This document shows positions 47,509-56,941 of a stretch of 64,000 nt of DNA, piece after piece. Every line of letters starts with the position of its first letter. Within the stretch, counting starts at the first letter, position 1. A program made the translations under genes and the position numbers. Below the pieces are notes generated by a model, which was not told the DNA's origin, did not search any database, and saw only the letters and a list, made by a program, of their open reading frames with translations. Location of the stretch: positions 2,371-66,370 of the forward strand of contig JBDHIW010000001.1 of assembly GCA_039587215.1 (NCBI GenBank). The letters run 5' to 3'. The stretch comes from Gemmatimonadota bacterium. GTDB lineage: Bacteria > Gemmatimonadota > Gemmatimonadetes > Gemmatimonadales > GWC2-71-9.

Positions 47509-48117
47509 AATGATTCCGAGACGAAGACCCGCCTCATCCAGGCCGCCATCCGGCTGTTCGCGGTCCACGGCTACGAGGGAACCTCGATCCGCGCCATCAC
47601 CCGCGAGGCCAACGCCAACCTCGGGGCCGTGACGTACCACTTCGGTTCCAAGGCCGCGCTGTTCGAAGCCGCGCTCGCCGAGGTCGTTGGGCCGTTCCGC
47701 GAACGGATCGCAGCCGAGGCGAACCAAGCGGGGCCGCCGCTCGATCGCGTCGCCGGCATCGTCCGAACGTTCTTCGAGCACTTCGCCGAGCACCCCGTAA
47801 TCCCGCAGCTCATCCTGCACGTCCTGGCATCGCCGCAGCACATGCCGGAACCGGTGCGGTCCGGGCTCGCGGCCAACCACGCTGCACTCGCCCGCGTGAT
47901 CGCGGAGGGGCAGCAGGGGGGCACGATTCGCCCTGGGGACGCCCGGCTCATGGCGCTCAGCATCGCGGCGCAACCCGTCATGCTGGCCCTCATGCGGCAC
48001 GTCCTGAGCCAGGCCATCGGGCTGGATCAGGACGACCGCGCGACCCGCACCGCACTCACCGAGAGCGTCGCAGCGTTCGCCCGCGCCGGACTGGCGGCCA
48101 CCGGAGACCCGTCATGA
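47506..48117 (+). CDS. TetR/AcrR-family transcriptional regulator
   Basis: Start at MNDSETKTRLIQAAIRLFAVHGYEGTSIRAITREANANLGAVTYHFGSK, the canonical TetR HTH. The track ORF starts at TTG 47470. Confidence 0.88.
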   Translation: MNDSETKTRLIQAAIRLFAVHGYEGTSIRAITREANANLGAVTYHFGSKAALFEAALAEVVGPFRERIAAEANQAGPPLDRVAGIVRTFFEHFAEHPVIPQLILHVLASPQHMPEPVRSGLAANHAALARVIAEGQQGGTIRPGDARLMALSIAAQPVMLALMRHVLSQAIGLDQDDRATRTALTESVAAFARAGLAATGDPS

Positions 48118-49454
48118 CCCCGACACACTCGACCGTTGCGTGGCTCTGCCTCGTGTTGGGTTCCTCTGCGACCCCCCTCGGGGCACAGGCCCCACCCGTC
48201 TCGATCGCCGACGCGGCGCGGGCGGCGCTCGCCACCCATCCGGAGGCGCGGGCGGCGCAGGCGGCGCAGGCGGCCGCCGATGCAGGCGTTCGCGTTGCCA
48301 CGGCCGAGCGTTGGCCGGCCCTCCAGGCCGAGGGGTCGGTCTTCCGGTTTCAGGAGCCCATGGTCGTCTTCCCGCTCCACGCGTTCGATCCGTCGCAGCT
48401 CACCTTCGACCGCACACTCGTCCAAGGTGCGCTCACGCTCGGCTATACCGTGTTCGACGGAGGCGCGCGGGGCGCGGCAGTACGCGGGGCACGGGCGAAC
48501 GCCGATGGGGTCACCGCCCGACGGGCCTCCGCCGACGCGCGTCTCATCACCGAGGTGGCGCACACGTATCTCCGCGCCCTCACGGCCCGGGAGGAACTCG
48601 ATGCGCTTGCACAGCGCCTCGACGCCGTCGAAGCGGAGCGCGAACGCGCGGCCCTCCTCGCCGCCGAAGGGGCGGCGGCCCAGGTGGACGCGCTGCGTGC
48701 CGAGGCCGCGCGCGAACAGACCATGGCCGAGCGGGCCCGCGCCACGGCCGACCTCGACGCCGCGCTGCGGGACCTCGCCCGCCTGATGGGCGCCGAGGGT
48801 ACCGCGATCGGGCCGGGCGCCCTTCGCCGGCCGAACACACCCCCCGACACGCCCGACCGCGCCGCCCTGCTGCAACGGTTGGCGGCTGCCAACCCGGACC
48901 TGCTCCGCGCGGAGCAACGCTCGAACGCCGCGGCATGGCGCAGCCGCGCCGCACGGGGCGCGTGGTTCCCCACGATCGACGTGCTCGGCCGGTACACGCT
49001 CTACGGCAGCGGGAGTAGTGGTTTCACCGGAGAGTGGCAAGGGGGCCTCAAGGTTTCGTACCCGCTCTTCGCCGGCGGCCGCCGCCCACGCGCCATCGAC
49101 CGGGCGCAGGCCGAGGCTCAGGCGGCCGCGGCCGAGGCCGACGCGGTTCACCTCGGTATCGCCCGCGCGCTCGACCGGACCTACGCGGCGCTCGCGGAAA
49201 CCGGCCCACGCATTCGGGCGCTGGAATCGGCTGAACGCCATCTGATGGAGATCACCCGCATCGAACGCCTGACGCTCGAGGAAGGGGCGGGCACCCAAGC
49301 CGAGTACCTGCGGGCCGAAGCCGATCTCGGGGAGGCACGCGCCGCGCTTGCCCGCGCGCGCTACACACAGCTCCGACTGCACGTCGAACTCGCCGCGCTC
49401 ACGGGCCGACTCACCGTCGAGTGGCTCGCGGCGTTAGCAGACACGGACCGATGA
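48114..49454 (+). CDS. TolC-family outer-membrane efflux protein
   Basis: 446 aa with ATGA overlap to tetR. Signal peptide and two repeated helical/beta halves rich in Ala/Arg/Glu heptads, typical of OEP/TolC. Confidence 0.85.
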   Translation: MTPTHSTVAWLCLVLGSSATPLGAQAPPVSIADAARAALATHPEARAAQAAQAAADAGVRVATAERWPALQAEGSVFRFQEPMVVFPLHAFDPSQLTFDRTLVQGALTLGYTVFDGGARGAAVRGARANADGVTARRASADARLITEVAHTYLRALTAREELDALAQRLDAVEAERERAALLAAEGAAAQVDALRAEAAREQTMAERARATADLDAALRDLARLMGAEGTAIGPGALRRPNTPPDTPDRAALLQRLAAANPDLLRAEQRSNAAAWRSRAARGAWFPTIDVLGRYTLYGSGSSGFTGEWQGGLKVSYPLFAGGRRPRAIDRAQAEAQAAAAEADAVHLGIARALDRTYAALAETGPRIRALESAERHLMEITRIERLTLEEGAGTQAEYLRAEADLGEARAALARARYTQLRLHVELAALTGRLTVEWLAALADTDR

Positions 49455-50443
49455 AACGTTCACCGAGACTTCTGCTGATCCCTCTGCTGGTCATTGTCGT
49501 CGCCGGGCTGTGGCTCGTCCTCCGCTCGACGGACCGGTCGGACGCGCTCGAGGTCTCCGGCACCATCGAGGCCACGGAGGCAGCGCTCGCGTTTCCGCTC
49601 GCTGGACGCATCCAGGACGTCCTGGTGATGGAGGGCGATCGGGTCGTGCGCGGGGAGGTCCTGGCGACGGCGGATCGCGCGGAGATCGAGGCCCAGATGC
49701 GGTCCGCCGAAGCTCAGGCGGCTGCGGCCACCGCACGGCTACGCGAGCTCCAAGCGGGGTTCCGCTCGGAGGAGGTCGCGCAGGGCGAGGCCGCGGTTCG
49801 TGCGGCCGTGCAGCGCGCAGACGGAGCTTCCCGCGAGGCCGCGCGGGCAGAGCGGCTGTACGATGGCGGCGCGATCAGCGTGCGGCAGCGCGATCAGGCG
49901 GCCACCGCACTCGAGGTCGCCCGCGCCGACCTCGACGCCGCCGATGAGCGGCTGGGGCTGCTGCGAGCGGGGGCCCGCACCGAGCAGATCGCCGCACAGC
50001 GCGCCGCGGTCCAGCACGCCGAGGCACTGGTTGCCCAGCTCGTCGCGGTACTGGATCGCGCGGTCATCCGTGCCCCGTTCGACGGCACCGTCGCGATTCG
50101 ACACCGCGAACCCGGGGAGACCATCGCGCCCGGCGTGCCCGTCGTGACACTCCGGAGTCTCGCCGAGCGATGGGTGCGGGTCTACGTCCCCGAGGCCGAC
50201 TTCGGGCGGCTCGAGATCGGCACGGGAGCGGAGATTCGCGCCGACCCCTTCCCCAACCAGGTCTTCCGCGGGTCGGTGACTTTCATGGCCGATGCGGCGG
50301 AGTTCACGCCGCGGACGATTCAAACACCCGACGAGCGCGTCAAACTCGTGTTTCGGGTGAAGGTCCGCATCGCCGGAGACAGCCTCCGGCTGCTGAAGCC
50401 CGGCCTGCCTGCCGACGTCCGGCTGTTGCTCACGCAGTCCTGA
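49451..50443 (+). CDS. HlyD-family periplasmic adaptor (YbhG-like)
   Basis: Start at MKRSPRLLLIPLLVIVVAG (ATGA overlap with the tolC stop). Lipoyl-like halves flank a coiled-coil hairpin. The C-terminal FTPRTIQTPDERVKLVFRVKV is characteristic of the YbhG-type family. Confidence 0.85.
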   Translation: MKRSPRLLLIPLLVIVVAGLWLVLRSTDRSDALEVSGTIEATEAALAFPLAGRIQDVLVMEGDRVVRGEVLATADRAEIEAQMRSAEAQAAAATARLRELQAGFRSEEVAQGEAAVRAAVQRADGASREAARAERLYDGGAISVRQRDQAATALEVARADLDAADERLGLLRAGARTEQIAAQRAAVQHAEALVAQLVAVLDRAVIRAPFDGTVAIRHREPGETIAPGVPVVTLRSLAERWVRVYVPEADFGRLEIGTGAEIRADPFPNQVFRGSVTFMADAAEFTPRTIQTPDERVKLVFRVKVRIAGDSLRLLKPGLPADVRLLLTQS

Positions 50444-51376
50444 ATGACCGCCACGGCCATTCGGGCGCGGGCGCTCACCCGGGCGTTCGGGGAGACGCGC
50501 GCCGTCGACGGCGTCTCCTTCGACGTGGAACGCGGAGAGCTGTTCGGCCTCGTCGGTCCCGACGGCGCCGGCAAGACGACGACGCTGCGCATGCTGGCAG
50601 GCGTGATGCGCCCCTCGTCCGGTGACGCCGAGGTCTTCGGCGAGAGCGTCGTGGCCGACCCGGCACGCGTGCAGCCGCGTCTGGCCTACGTGGCACAGCG
50701 GTTCGGGCTCTACGGCGACCTCACCGTCCGGGAGAACATCACGTTCTACGCCGATCTCTACGGCGTCGCGGACGCCGATCGTCCCGCCCGATTCGCCCGC
50801 CTCTACGAGTTCTCGGGACTGGGCCCATTCGAACACCGGCTCGCCGCCGCGCTCTCCGGAGGCATGAAGCAGAAACTGGCGCTCTGCGCCGCCCTCGTGC
50901 ACGCGCCCGAGCTCCTGATCCTCGACGAGCCGACGTTCGGGGTCGATCCGATCTCCCGCCGCGATCTCTGGCTGATCATTCACGAAATGGTCGCCGGCGG
51001 CATGACCGTGTTCGTCTCGACGGCGTACATGGACGAAGCGGAGCGCTGCGACCGTCTCGCCATGCTGCATGAGGGGTCGCTCGTCGCCATCGACACCCCC
51101 GCCGCCCTGCAGGCGCGCCTGGCCGGCCGGCTGTACCGGGTACGCGCGGACGACCCCCGGGCGGCGCGCGACCGGCTGCGGACCACCCCGGGCGTTGTCC
51201 GCGCGAACCTTTTTGGCGATGCGGTCCACGTCACGGTGGCCGACCCGCCGCCGCCCTGGGACCGCGTCATCCGGCACCTCACCGACGGCGGCGTGTCGGT
51301 CCTCGAAGAGGGCCCCGCCGATGCGTCGCTCGAGGACATCTTCATGGACCTCGGCCCCACGGAGCCGGCTCGTTGA
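50444..51376 (+). CDS. ABC transporter ATP-binding protein (first of two)
   Basis: Walker A GPDGAGKTT, signature LSGGMKQKLALCAAL, Walker B LLILDEPTFGVD. Confidence 0.9.
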   Translation: MTATAIRARALTRAFGETRAVDGVSFDVERGELFGLVGPDGAGKTTTLRMLAGVMRPSSGDAEVFGESVVADPARVQPRLAYVAQRFGLYGDLTVRENITFYADLYGVADADRPARFARLYEFSGLGPFEHRLAAALSGGMKQKLALCAALVHAPELLILDEPTFGVDPISRRDLWLIIHEMVAGGMTVFVSTAYMDEAERCDRLAMLHEGSLVAIDTPAALQARLAGRLYRVRADDPRAARDRLRTTPGVVRANLFGDAVHVTVADPPPPWDRVIRHLTDGGVSVLEEGPADASLEDIFMDLGPTEPAR

Positions 51377-52311
51377 CCCCCGCCGTCGACGTGCGCGGAC
51401 TGTCGCGCGCCTTCGGGTCGTTCGTCGCGGTCGACGCCGTGACGTTCCGCGTCGAGCGCGGCGAGATCTTCGGTTTCCTGGGCCCGAACGGCGCCGGCAA
51501 GACGACGACCATCAAGATGCTCGCGGGCCTGCTGGCACCGACGAGCGGCCTGGCCACGGTCGCCGGATACGACGTGACCGGCGACACCGGCCCGCTGAAG
51601 CAGCGGATCGGGTACATGTCGCAGCTGTTCTCGCTCTACGCCGACCTCACCGTGACGGAGAATATCCGGCTGTTTGCCGGCCTCTACGGCGTCCGGGGGG
51701 AGCGATTCGACGCGCGCCGCGACTGGGTGCTCGAGATGGCCGGACTGGACGCCCAGCGTGACCGGCTCACCGGAGAGCTGCCGTTGGGATGGAAGCAGCG
51801 GCTCGCCCTCGGATGTGCCGTACTGCACGAGCCCGAGATCCTGTTCCTCGACGAGCCCACCTCGGGCGTCGACCCAGTGTCCCGGCGAAGGTTCTGGGAC
51901 CTGATCGACCGTCTGGCTGTGGCTGGCACGACCATCCTCGTGAGCACCCACTACATGGAGGAGGCCGAGTACTGCCACCGGCTGGCCCTGATGCACCAGG
52001 CACAACTCATCGCGCTGGATACGCCGGCCGGCCTGCGCGCCTCCATGGACGCGCCCCTCTACCGCGTGACGACCGACGCACCCGCTCAGGCCGTTCCGGC
52101 ACTGCGCGTGCTGCCCGTGGTCGCGGACGCGGCGATGTTCGGACGCGCGCTTCACGTCACCCTGCACGACGAGCGCAACGCCGAACGTCTGATCCGCACC
52201 GCGCTCGGCGACGCGGGCCAGGCGTGCGGTGAGGTCACGCGCATCCGACCTTCCCTCGAGGACGTGTTCGTGCACCTCGTACGCGCACACGCGCCGGCCG
52301 GCGCCGCATGA
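51373..52311 (+). CDS. ABC transporter ATP-binding protein (second of two)
   Basis: TTG start overlaps the upstream stop. Walker A GPNGAGKTT, signature-like LPLGWKQRLALGCAV (degenerate LSGG), Walker B ILFLDEPTSGVD. Confidence 0.9.
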   Translation: MTPAVDVRGLSRAFGSFVAVDAVTFRVERGEIFGFLGPNGAGKTTTIKMLAGLLAPTSGLATVAGYDVTGDTGPLKQRIGYMSQLFSLYADLTVTENIRLFAGLYGVRGERFDARRDWVLEMAGLDAQRDRLTGELPLGWKQRLALGCAVLHEPEILFLDEPTSGVDPVSRRRFWDLIDRLAVAGTTILVSTHYMEEAEYCHRLALMHQAQLIALDTPAGLRASMDAPLYRVTTDAPAQAVPALRVLPVVADAAMFGRALHVTLHDERNAERLIRTALGDAGQACGEVTRIRPSLEDVFVHLVRAHAPAGAA

Positions 52312-53414
52312 ACCTCCGACGCACCATGGCGCTCGCCCGCAAGGAGGCGCTCCAGTTGCGAAGGGATTCGCGCAGTCTCGCGCTCGCGTTTCTCCTCCCC
52401 GTGTTTCTGATCGTGTTCTTCGGCTACGCGATCTCGTTCGACGTGCGGAACCTCGAACTCGCCGTCCTCGACCAGGACCGCTCGTCCGCAAGCCGCGCGC
52501 TGGTCAGCGCGTTCGAGAGTTCGGGTTACTTCACCATCGTCGAGCGGCTCGAACGGTACGGCGACGTCGAACCGCTGCTCGAGCGGGGCGGCGCCCGCCT
52601 CGTGCTGGCGGTCCCGCCGGACTTTTCCGCCCGACTCGGCGGTGGCCGCACGGCGTCGCTGCAGATGCTGCTGGACGGCGGCGACGCCAATACCGCGACC
52701 ATCGCGCAGAACTACGCCGAGGTGATCGTCAACCGGTTTGCGCTGTCCCGGGGGCCGACGCGGGCGGCCGCGGTGGACGTGCGGACGCGCGTGTGGTTCA
52801 ACGAGACGCTCGAATCCCGCAACATGATCGTCCCCGGACTGGTCGCGGTCATCATGTCGATCATCGCGGCGATGCTGACCGCCCTCACGATCGCACGGGA
52901 GTGGGAACGAGGCACGATGGAGCAGCTCGTGGCGACCCCCGTCCGTCGCAGCGAGGTGATCGTCGGCAAGCTGATCCCCTACGCCGCCATCGGCGCGCTG
53001 GACGTCGCGATCGCCGCCGTCGCGGGCATCGTCCTGTTCGACGTTCCCTTTCGCGGCTCCGTGGCGCTCCTCGCGGCACTGACGTTGCTGTTCCTCTTCG
53101 GCGCGCTGGGGCTCGGCGTGTTCATCTCAGCCGCGGTGAAGAGTCAGGTGCTGGCAACGCAAGCCGCCATCATGGCGACGTACCTGCCCGCGCTCCTGCT
53201 GTCGGGGTTCATCTTCTCCATCTCGGCGATGCCGCTCGTGCTCCGCGTCCTCACGCACGTCGTGCCGGCTCGCTACTACGTCACGGTGACGAAGGGGATC
53301 TTTCTCAAGGGCGTCGGCATGTCGGTGCTGTGGCCGGACGCGTTGGCGATGCTGCTGTTCGCGAGCGTCGGCCTCGGGCTCGCCTACCGCGCGTTTCACA
53401 AGGAGATCGCCTGA
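52308..53414 (+). CDS. ABC-2 type permease (YbhS-like)
   Basis: 368 aa with ATGA overlap. One N-terminal TM, a large periplasmic loop and five C-terminal TMs. ALARKEALQLRRD is the typical opening. Confidence 0.85.
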   Translation: MNLRRTMALARKEALQLRRDSRSLALAFLLPVFLIVFFGYAISFDVRNLELAVLDQDRSSASRALVSAFESSGYFTIVERLERYGDVEPLLERGGARLVLAVPPDFSARLGGGRTASLQMLLDGGDANTATIAQNYAEVIVNRFALSRGPTRAAAVDVRTRVWFNETLESRNMIVPGLVAVIMSIIAAMLTALTIAREWERGTMEQLVATPVRRSEVIVGKLIPYAAIGALDVAIAAVAGIVLFDVPFRGSVALLAALTLLFLFGALGLGVFISAAVKSQVLATQAAIMATYLPALLLSGFIFSISAMPLVLRVLTHVVPARYYVTVTKGIFLKGVGMSVLWPDALAMLLFASVGLGLAYRAFHKEIA

Positions 53415-53415
53415 C

Positions 53416-54528
53416 ATGGCAGTGAACGTGCGGCGGATCGCCGAGATGGTGCGCAAGGAAGCCCGCCAGCTCCTGCGCGACCCGCGGACCCGCGTGGCGA
53501 TGTTCGTGGCCCCGATGGTGCAGCTCGTGGTCTTCGGGTACGCCGTCAACACCGACATCCCGAACACGTCCATGGTGGTCGTGGACCATGACCGCTCCGC
53601 CGCGTCGCGTAGGCTGATCGACGCCTTCGAACGCACCGGGTACTTCGCCGTCGTCGCGCGCCCGCCACGGTCGGCCGACCTCGTCACCGCACTGGACGAC
53701 GGCACGGCCATCGTGGGACTCGAGATCCCCGACGGGTTCGCTCGCGACCTCGGGCGGGCGGACGGCACGGCGATCCAGGTCGTCGTGGACGGCACGCATT
53801 CGAACACGGCCACGGTCGCCGTCGGCTACGCACAGCGCATCGTTCAAGCGTTCGGCGCGGCGGAACGCGCTGGACCGCCACCGCCCGTCCGCGCCGAAAC
53901 GCGCGCCTGGTTCAACCCGGCGCTCCAGAGTCAGACCTACAACGTGCCCGGGGTGATCGGCGTGCTGGTGCTGCTGATGTGCCTCCTGCTCACCGCGCTC
54001 GGCGTCGTACGTGAGCGCGAGCTCGGCACGTTGGACCAGCTCATGGTCAGCCCGCTGACGCCGCCGGAGCTCATGCTGGGCAAGACGATTCCGGTCGCAG
54101 CCGTCGCCGTGATCGATGCGGTACTCATCTCGGTGATCGCGGTGACGTGGTTCGACATTCCCCTGCGCGGCTCGCCACCGGAGCTGCTCGTGGCGGTCCT
54201 GCTTTTCATCGCCGCCGGTATCGCGGTCGGTCTCCTGATCTCCACGATCTCACGCACCCAACAGGAAGCCTTCATGGCCATGTTCCTCTTCCTGCTGCCC
54301 GCCATCATCCTCTCCGGGTTCTTCTTCCCGATCTCGAGCATGCCGCGGGGATTTCAGTGGCTCACCCTCGTGAACCCGGTGCGGCACTTTCTGGAGATCG
54401 TTCGCGCCTCGTTCCTGCGCGGCGCAGGAATCGCGACGCTTTGGCCCCAGTACGTCGCACTGGCGCTCCTCGCGGGGACCGCCCTCGCCGCGGCCGTCAT
54501 CCGGTTCCCGAAGGCCCTGCGCGCCTGA
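53416..54528 (+). CDS. ABC-2 type permease (YbhR-like)
   Basis: 370 aa. It is a paralog of the previous gene (EMVRKEARQLLRD opening) with the same topology. Confidence 0.85.
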   Translation: MAVNVRRIAEMVRKEARQLLRDPRTRVAMFVAPMVQLVVFGYAVNTDIPNTSMVVVDHDRSAASRRLIDAFERTGYFAVVARPPRSADLVTALDDGTAIVGLEIPDGFARDLGRADGTAIQVVVDGTHSNTATVAVGYAQRIVQAFGAAERAGPPPPVRAETRAWFNPALQSQTYNVPGVIGVLVLLMCLLLTALGVVRERELGTLDQLMVSPLTPPELMLGKTIPVAAVAVIDAVLISVIAVTWFDIPLRGSPPELLVAVLLFIAAGIAVGLLISTISRTQQEAFMAMFLFLLPAIILSGFFFPISSMPRGFQWLTLVNPVRHFLEIVRASFLRGAGIATLWPQYVALALLAGTALAAAVIRFPKALRA

Positions 54529-54566
54529 CGGGCTCCCCCCGTCGACCTACCTTTCGTCGAAGCGCC

Positions 54567-55226
54567 ATGAATCCATTCTGGCAGCGCAGCGACCGCCGAG
54601 AGCTTCGCCGGATGGTCCGCACCCAACTCGCGGCCCGCGACGTCCGGGACCGCAGGGTGCTCGCCACCATGGCGCGGATCCCCCGGGGAGCGTTCGTTCC
54701 GACCCGCCTCCACCCCCGCGCGTACGAAGACGGCCCCCTGCCGATCGGACACGGCCAGACCATCTCGCAACCGTACATCGTCGGGCTCATGACGCAGCTG
54801 GCCCGTCTCTCCCGGCGCCATCGCGTGCTGGAGGTCGGCACGGGCTGCGGGTACCAGACCGCCGTCCTCGCCGGGATCGCGGCACACGTGTGGACGATCG
54901 AACGAATCGACGATCTGTCGCGGCAGGCCGCCGCACGGCTTGGGCGTCTGGGCATCGAGAACGTGACGTTCGTGACCGGAGACGGGGCGCTGGGCTACGA
55001 GCCCGCTGCCCCGTACGACGCGATCGTCGTCACGGCAGCCGCCCCGGCGCCCCCAGACCGGCTGCTGGCGCAGCTCGCCGTCGGGGCGCGGGTGGTCATC
55101 CCAATCGGCTCCCGGGAGGTGCAGACGCTTCAGGTGCTCGAGCGCCGGGCCGACGGCGTCCGGACGACCGAGTCGTGCGCCGTACGGTTCGTGCCTCTCG
55201 TCTCACCGTCCGCTTTTCCGGACTGA
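54567..55226 (+). CDS. pcm: Protein-L-isoaspartate O-methyltransferase
   Basis: ATG at 54567 lies within the longer track ORF. GHGQTISQPYIVGLMTQ and VLEVGTGCGYQTAVLA are the SAM-binding motifs. Confidence 0.9.
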   Translation: MNPFWQRSDRRELRRMVRTQLAARDVRDRRVLATMARIPRGAFVPTRLHPRAYEDGPLPIGHGQTISQPYIVGLMTQLARLSRRHRVLEVGTGCGYQTAVLAGIAAHVWTIERIDDLSRQAAARLGRLGIENVTFVTGDGALGYEPAAPYDAIVVTAAAPAPPDRLLAQLAVGARVVIPIGSREVQTLQVLERRADGVRTTESCAVRFVPLVSPSAFPD

Positions 55227-55352
55227 GCTGGGGCGGGGGCGCGCGATCCCGCCGAACCCGGACGCCCGGTGCGTGACCACCGTTTCCTCGGTATCATCTA
55301 CGGCAGTGCTACAGCGGAGGGCGACACCCTCCCCCCACACCGGCTGACACCG

Positions 55353-56504
55353 ATGACACGACTCGCACGCTACGCCGCCCTACTCGCCGCCCTCGCGATC
55401 CCGACCCAGGGTCTCGCCCAGCACGACCCGCCGCCGCGGATCATCCTCTTCATCGGGGATGGGGTCGGCGTGAGTTACTGGACCGCCGCCGCATTCGCCG
55501 CCGACGATCTCGCGGTGTACCGGTTCCCAGTCGTCGGCCTGGTCGACACCCGCGCGTCGGACAGCAAGGTCACGGACAGCGCTGCAGGTGCGACCGCCTA
55601 CGCCACGGGCGTGCAGACCTACAACGGAGCGATCGGCGTAGCTCCCGACTCGTCCGCCGTCCCCACGATCCTCGAGATGGCCACCGAGCGCGGCATGGCC
55701 ACGGGACTCGTGGCGACGTCCCGCATCACGCACGCTACGCCGGCGTCGTTCGCGGCCCACGTGCCGAGCCGCGGCATGGAGGTGGAGATCGCTCGGCAGA
55801 TGGTACAGGAACACGACATCACCGTGATCATCGGCGGGGGCAGCGACTGGTTCGATCGCACCCGACGTCCGGACGGGATCGACCTCCTGACGCAAGCCGG
55901 CCGGGGGGCGACCGTCGTGCAATCCCCGGAGGAGTTCGCTGCGCTCGACCTCGCGCACGTGGACCGGCTCTTTGCCCTGCTTGCCGAGAGCCATCTGCCC
56001 GCTGCGGTGCAGCCTGCACCGCCTCCCATCACACACCAAGGGATCGAGGAGCACGCCGGCGACGCCGATACGACCTGGACGCCCTGGCGCGAGCCGTCGC
56101 TTGCCGACATGACCACCACGGCTCTGACTGTGCTCGACAAGGACCCCGATGGGTTCTTTCTGATGGTCGAGGCGTCGCAGCCCGATTGGCGGGGGCACGG
56201 AAACGAGCCGTTGCCGACGGTAGAAGCGGAGATGCTCGACTTCGACCGGGCCTTGGGCGCAGCACTGACGTACCAGGATCGGCAGCCGGAGACGCTCGTG
56301 GTGGTCGTGGCCGATCACGAGACCGGCGGGCTCGCCCTCCAGCTCGATCCGGAGGGGCGCGTCGTCGCGCGCTACACCACCGACAATCACACGGGGGAAA
56401 TGATCCCGCTGTTCGCGGCGGGCCCCGGAGCCGAGCGGTTCGGGGGCATCCTGACGAATCACGAGATCGGGCGACGGCTGATCGCCGTGCTCACGGGCGA
56501 CTGA
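55353..56504 (+). CDS. Alkaline phosphatase (PhoA family)
   Basis: Start at MTRLARYAALLAALAIPTQGLA (signal peptide). FIGDGVGVS and VTDSAAGATAYATG contain the active-site Ser motif. C-terminal motifs are VVADHETGG and NHTGEMIPLFA. Confidence 0.85.
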   Translation: MTRLARYAALLAALAIPTQGLAQHDPPPRIILFIGDGVGVSYWTAAAFAADDLAVYRFPVVGLVDTRASDSKVTDSAAGATAYATGVQTYNGAIGVAPDSSAVPTILEMATERGMATGLVATSRITHATPASFAAHVPSRGMEVEIARQMVQEHDITVIIGGGSDWFDRTRRPDGIDLLTQAGRGATVVQSPEEFAALDLAHVDRLFALLAESHLPAAVQPAPPPITHQGIEEHAGDADTTWTPWREPSLADMTTTALTVLDKDPDGFFLMVEASQPDWRGHGNEPLPTVEAEMLDFDRALGAALTYQDRQPETLVVVVADHETGGLALQLDPEGRVVARYTTDNHTGEMIPLFAAGPGAERFGGILTNHEIGRRLIAVLTGD

Positions 56505-56549
56505 CCCGGTACTGGAACTCCCTGGGGCGCCGCCCGTATACTTTCGGAG

Positions 56550-56876
56550 ATGCGCACTCGACTCCATCGCCGTCTTGCCACGGCACTGCTCGGCATCATG
56601 CTGGTCTCGACCACCGCGGCCCCGATCGCCCATGCGGCGACCGAGGTGCTGGTGGCTCAGCCGGCATGGGAGAGCGGTCACTCCGACGCCTGCGTCGAAC
56701 TCCACGTCGAGTCGCGGTGTCTCAAGGGTGGCGGGGTCTACACGGACCACTCGGCTGGCGGCTCCCTGCTCTCTGAACGGGTGGTGCCGCTCGACGTCGT
56801 TCCCCACGGCGTCGGGGTCGTTCCTGACCGTCCCTCCCCATCCCAGCGCTTCTCCCGCGCACCTCCCCACCGATAG
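56550..56876 (+). CDS. Small secreted hypothetical protein (His/Cys-containing)
   Basis: 108 aa with signal peptide ending AHA-AT. Third-position GC fits the genome. Two Cys and six His occur in the mature part. No family recognised, so this is a weak call. Confidence 0.4.
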   Translation: MRTRLHRRLATALLGIMLVSTTAAPIAHAATEVLVAQPAWESGHSDACVELHVESRCLKGGGVYTDHSAGGSLLSERVVPLDVVPHGVGVVPDRPSPSQRFSRAPPHR

Positions 56877-56941
56877 TCGCTGAGAGTGCCGCGGAACTCG
56901 TCCGCGGTGGATGCCATCTACTATCGAATGAGGAAACACGC

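Noticed and set aside
56877-56941. I looked for a Zur/Fur/MntR-type AT-rich palindromic box upstream of the OM-barrel/ZnuA/ZnuB cluster.
   Set aside because: Only a GC-rich 7-bp inverted repeat (CCGCGGA-N5-TCCGCGG) is present. Nothing resembles known metalloregulator boxes, so no regulatory call was made.
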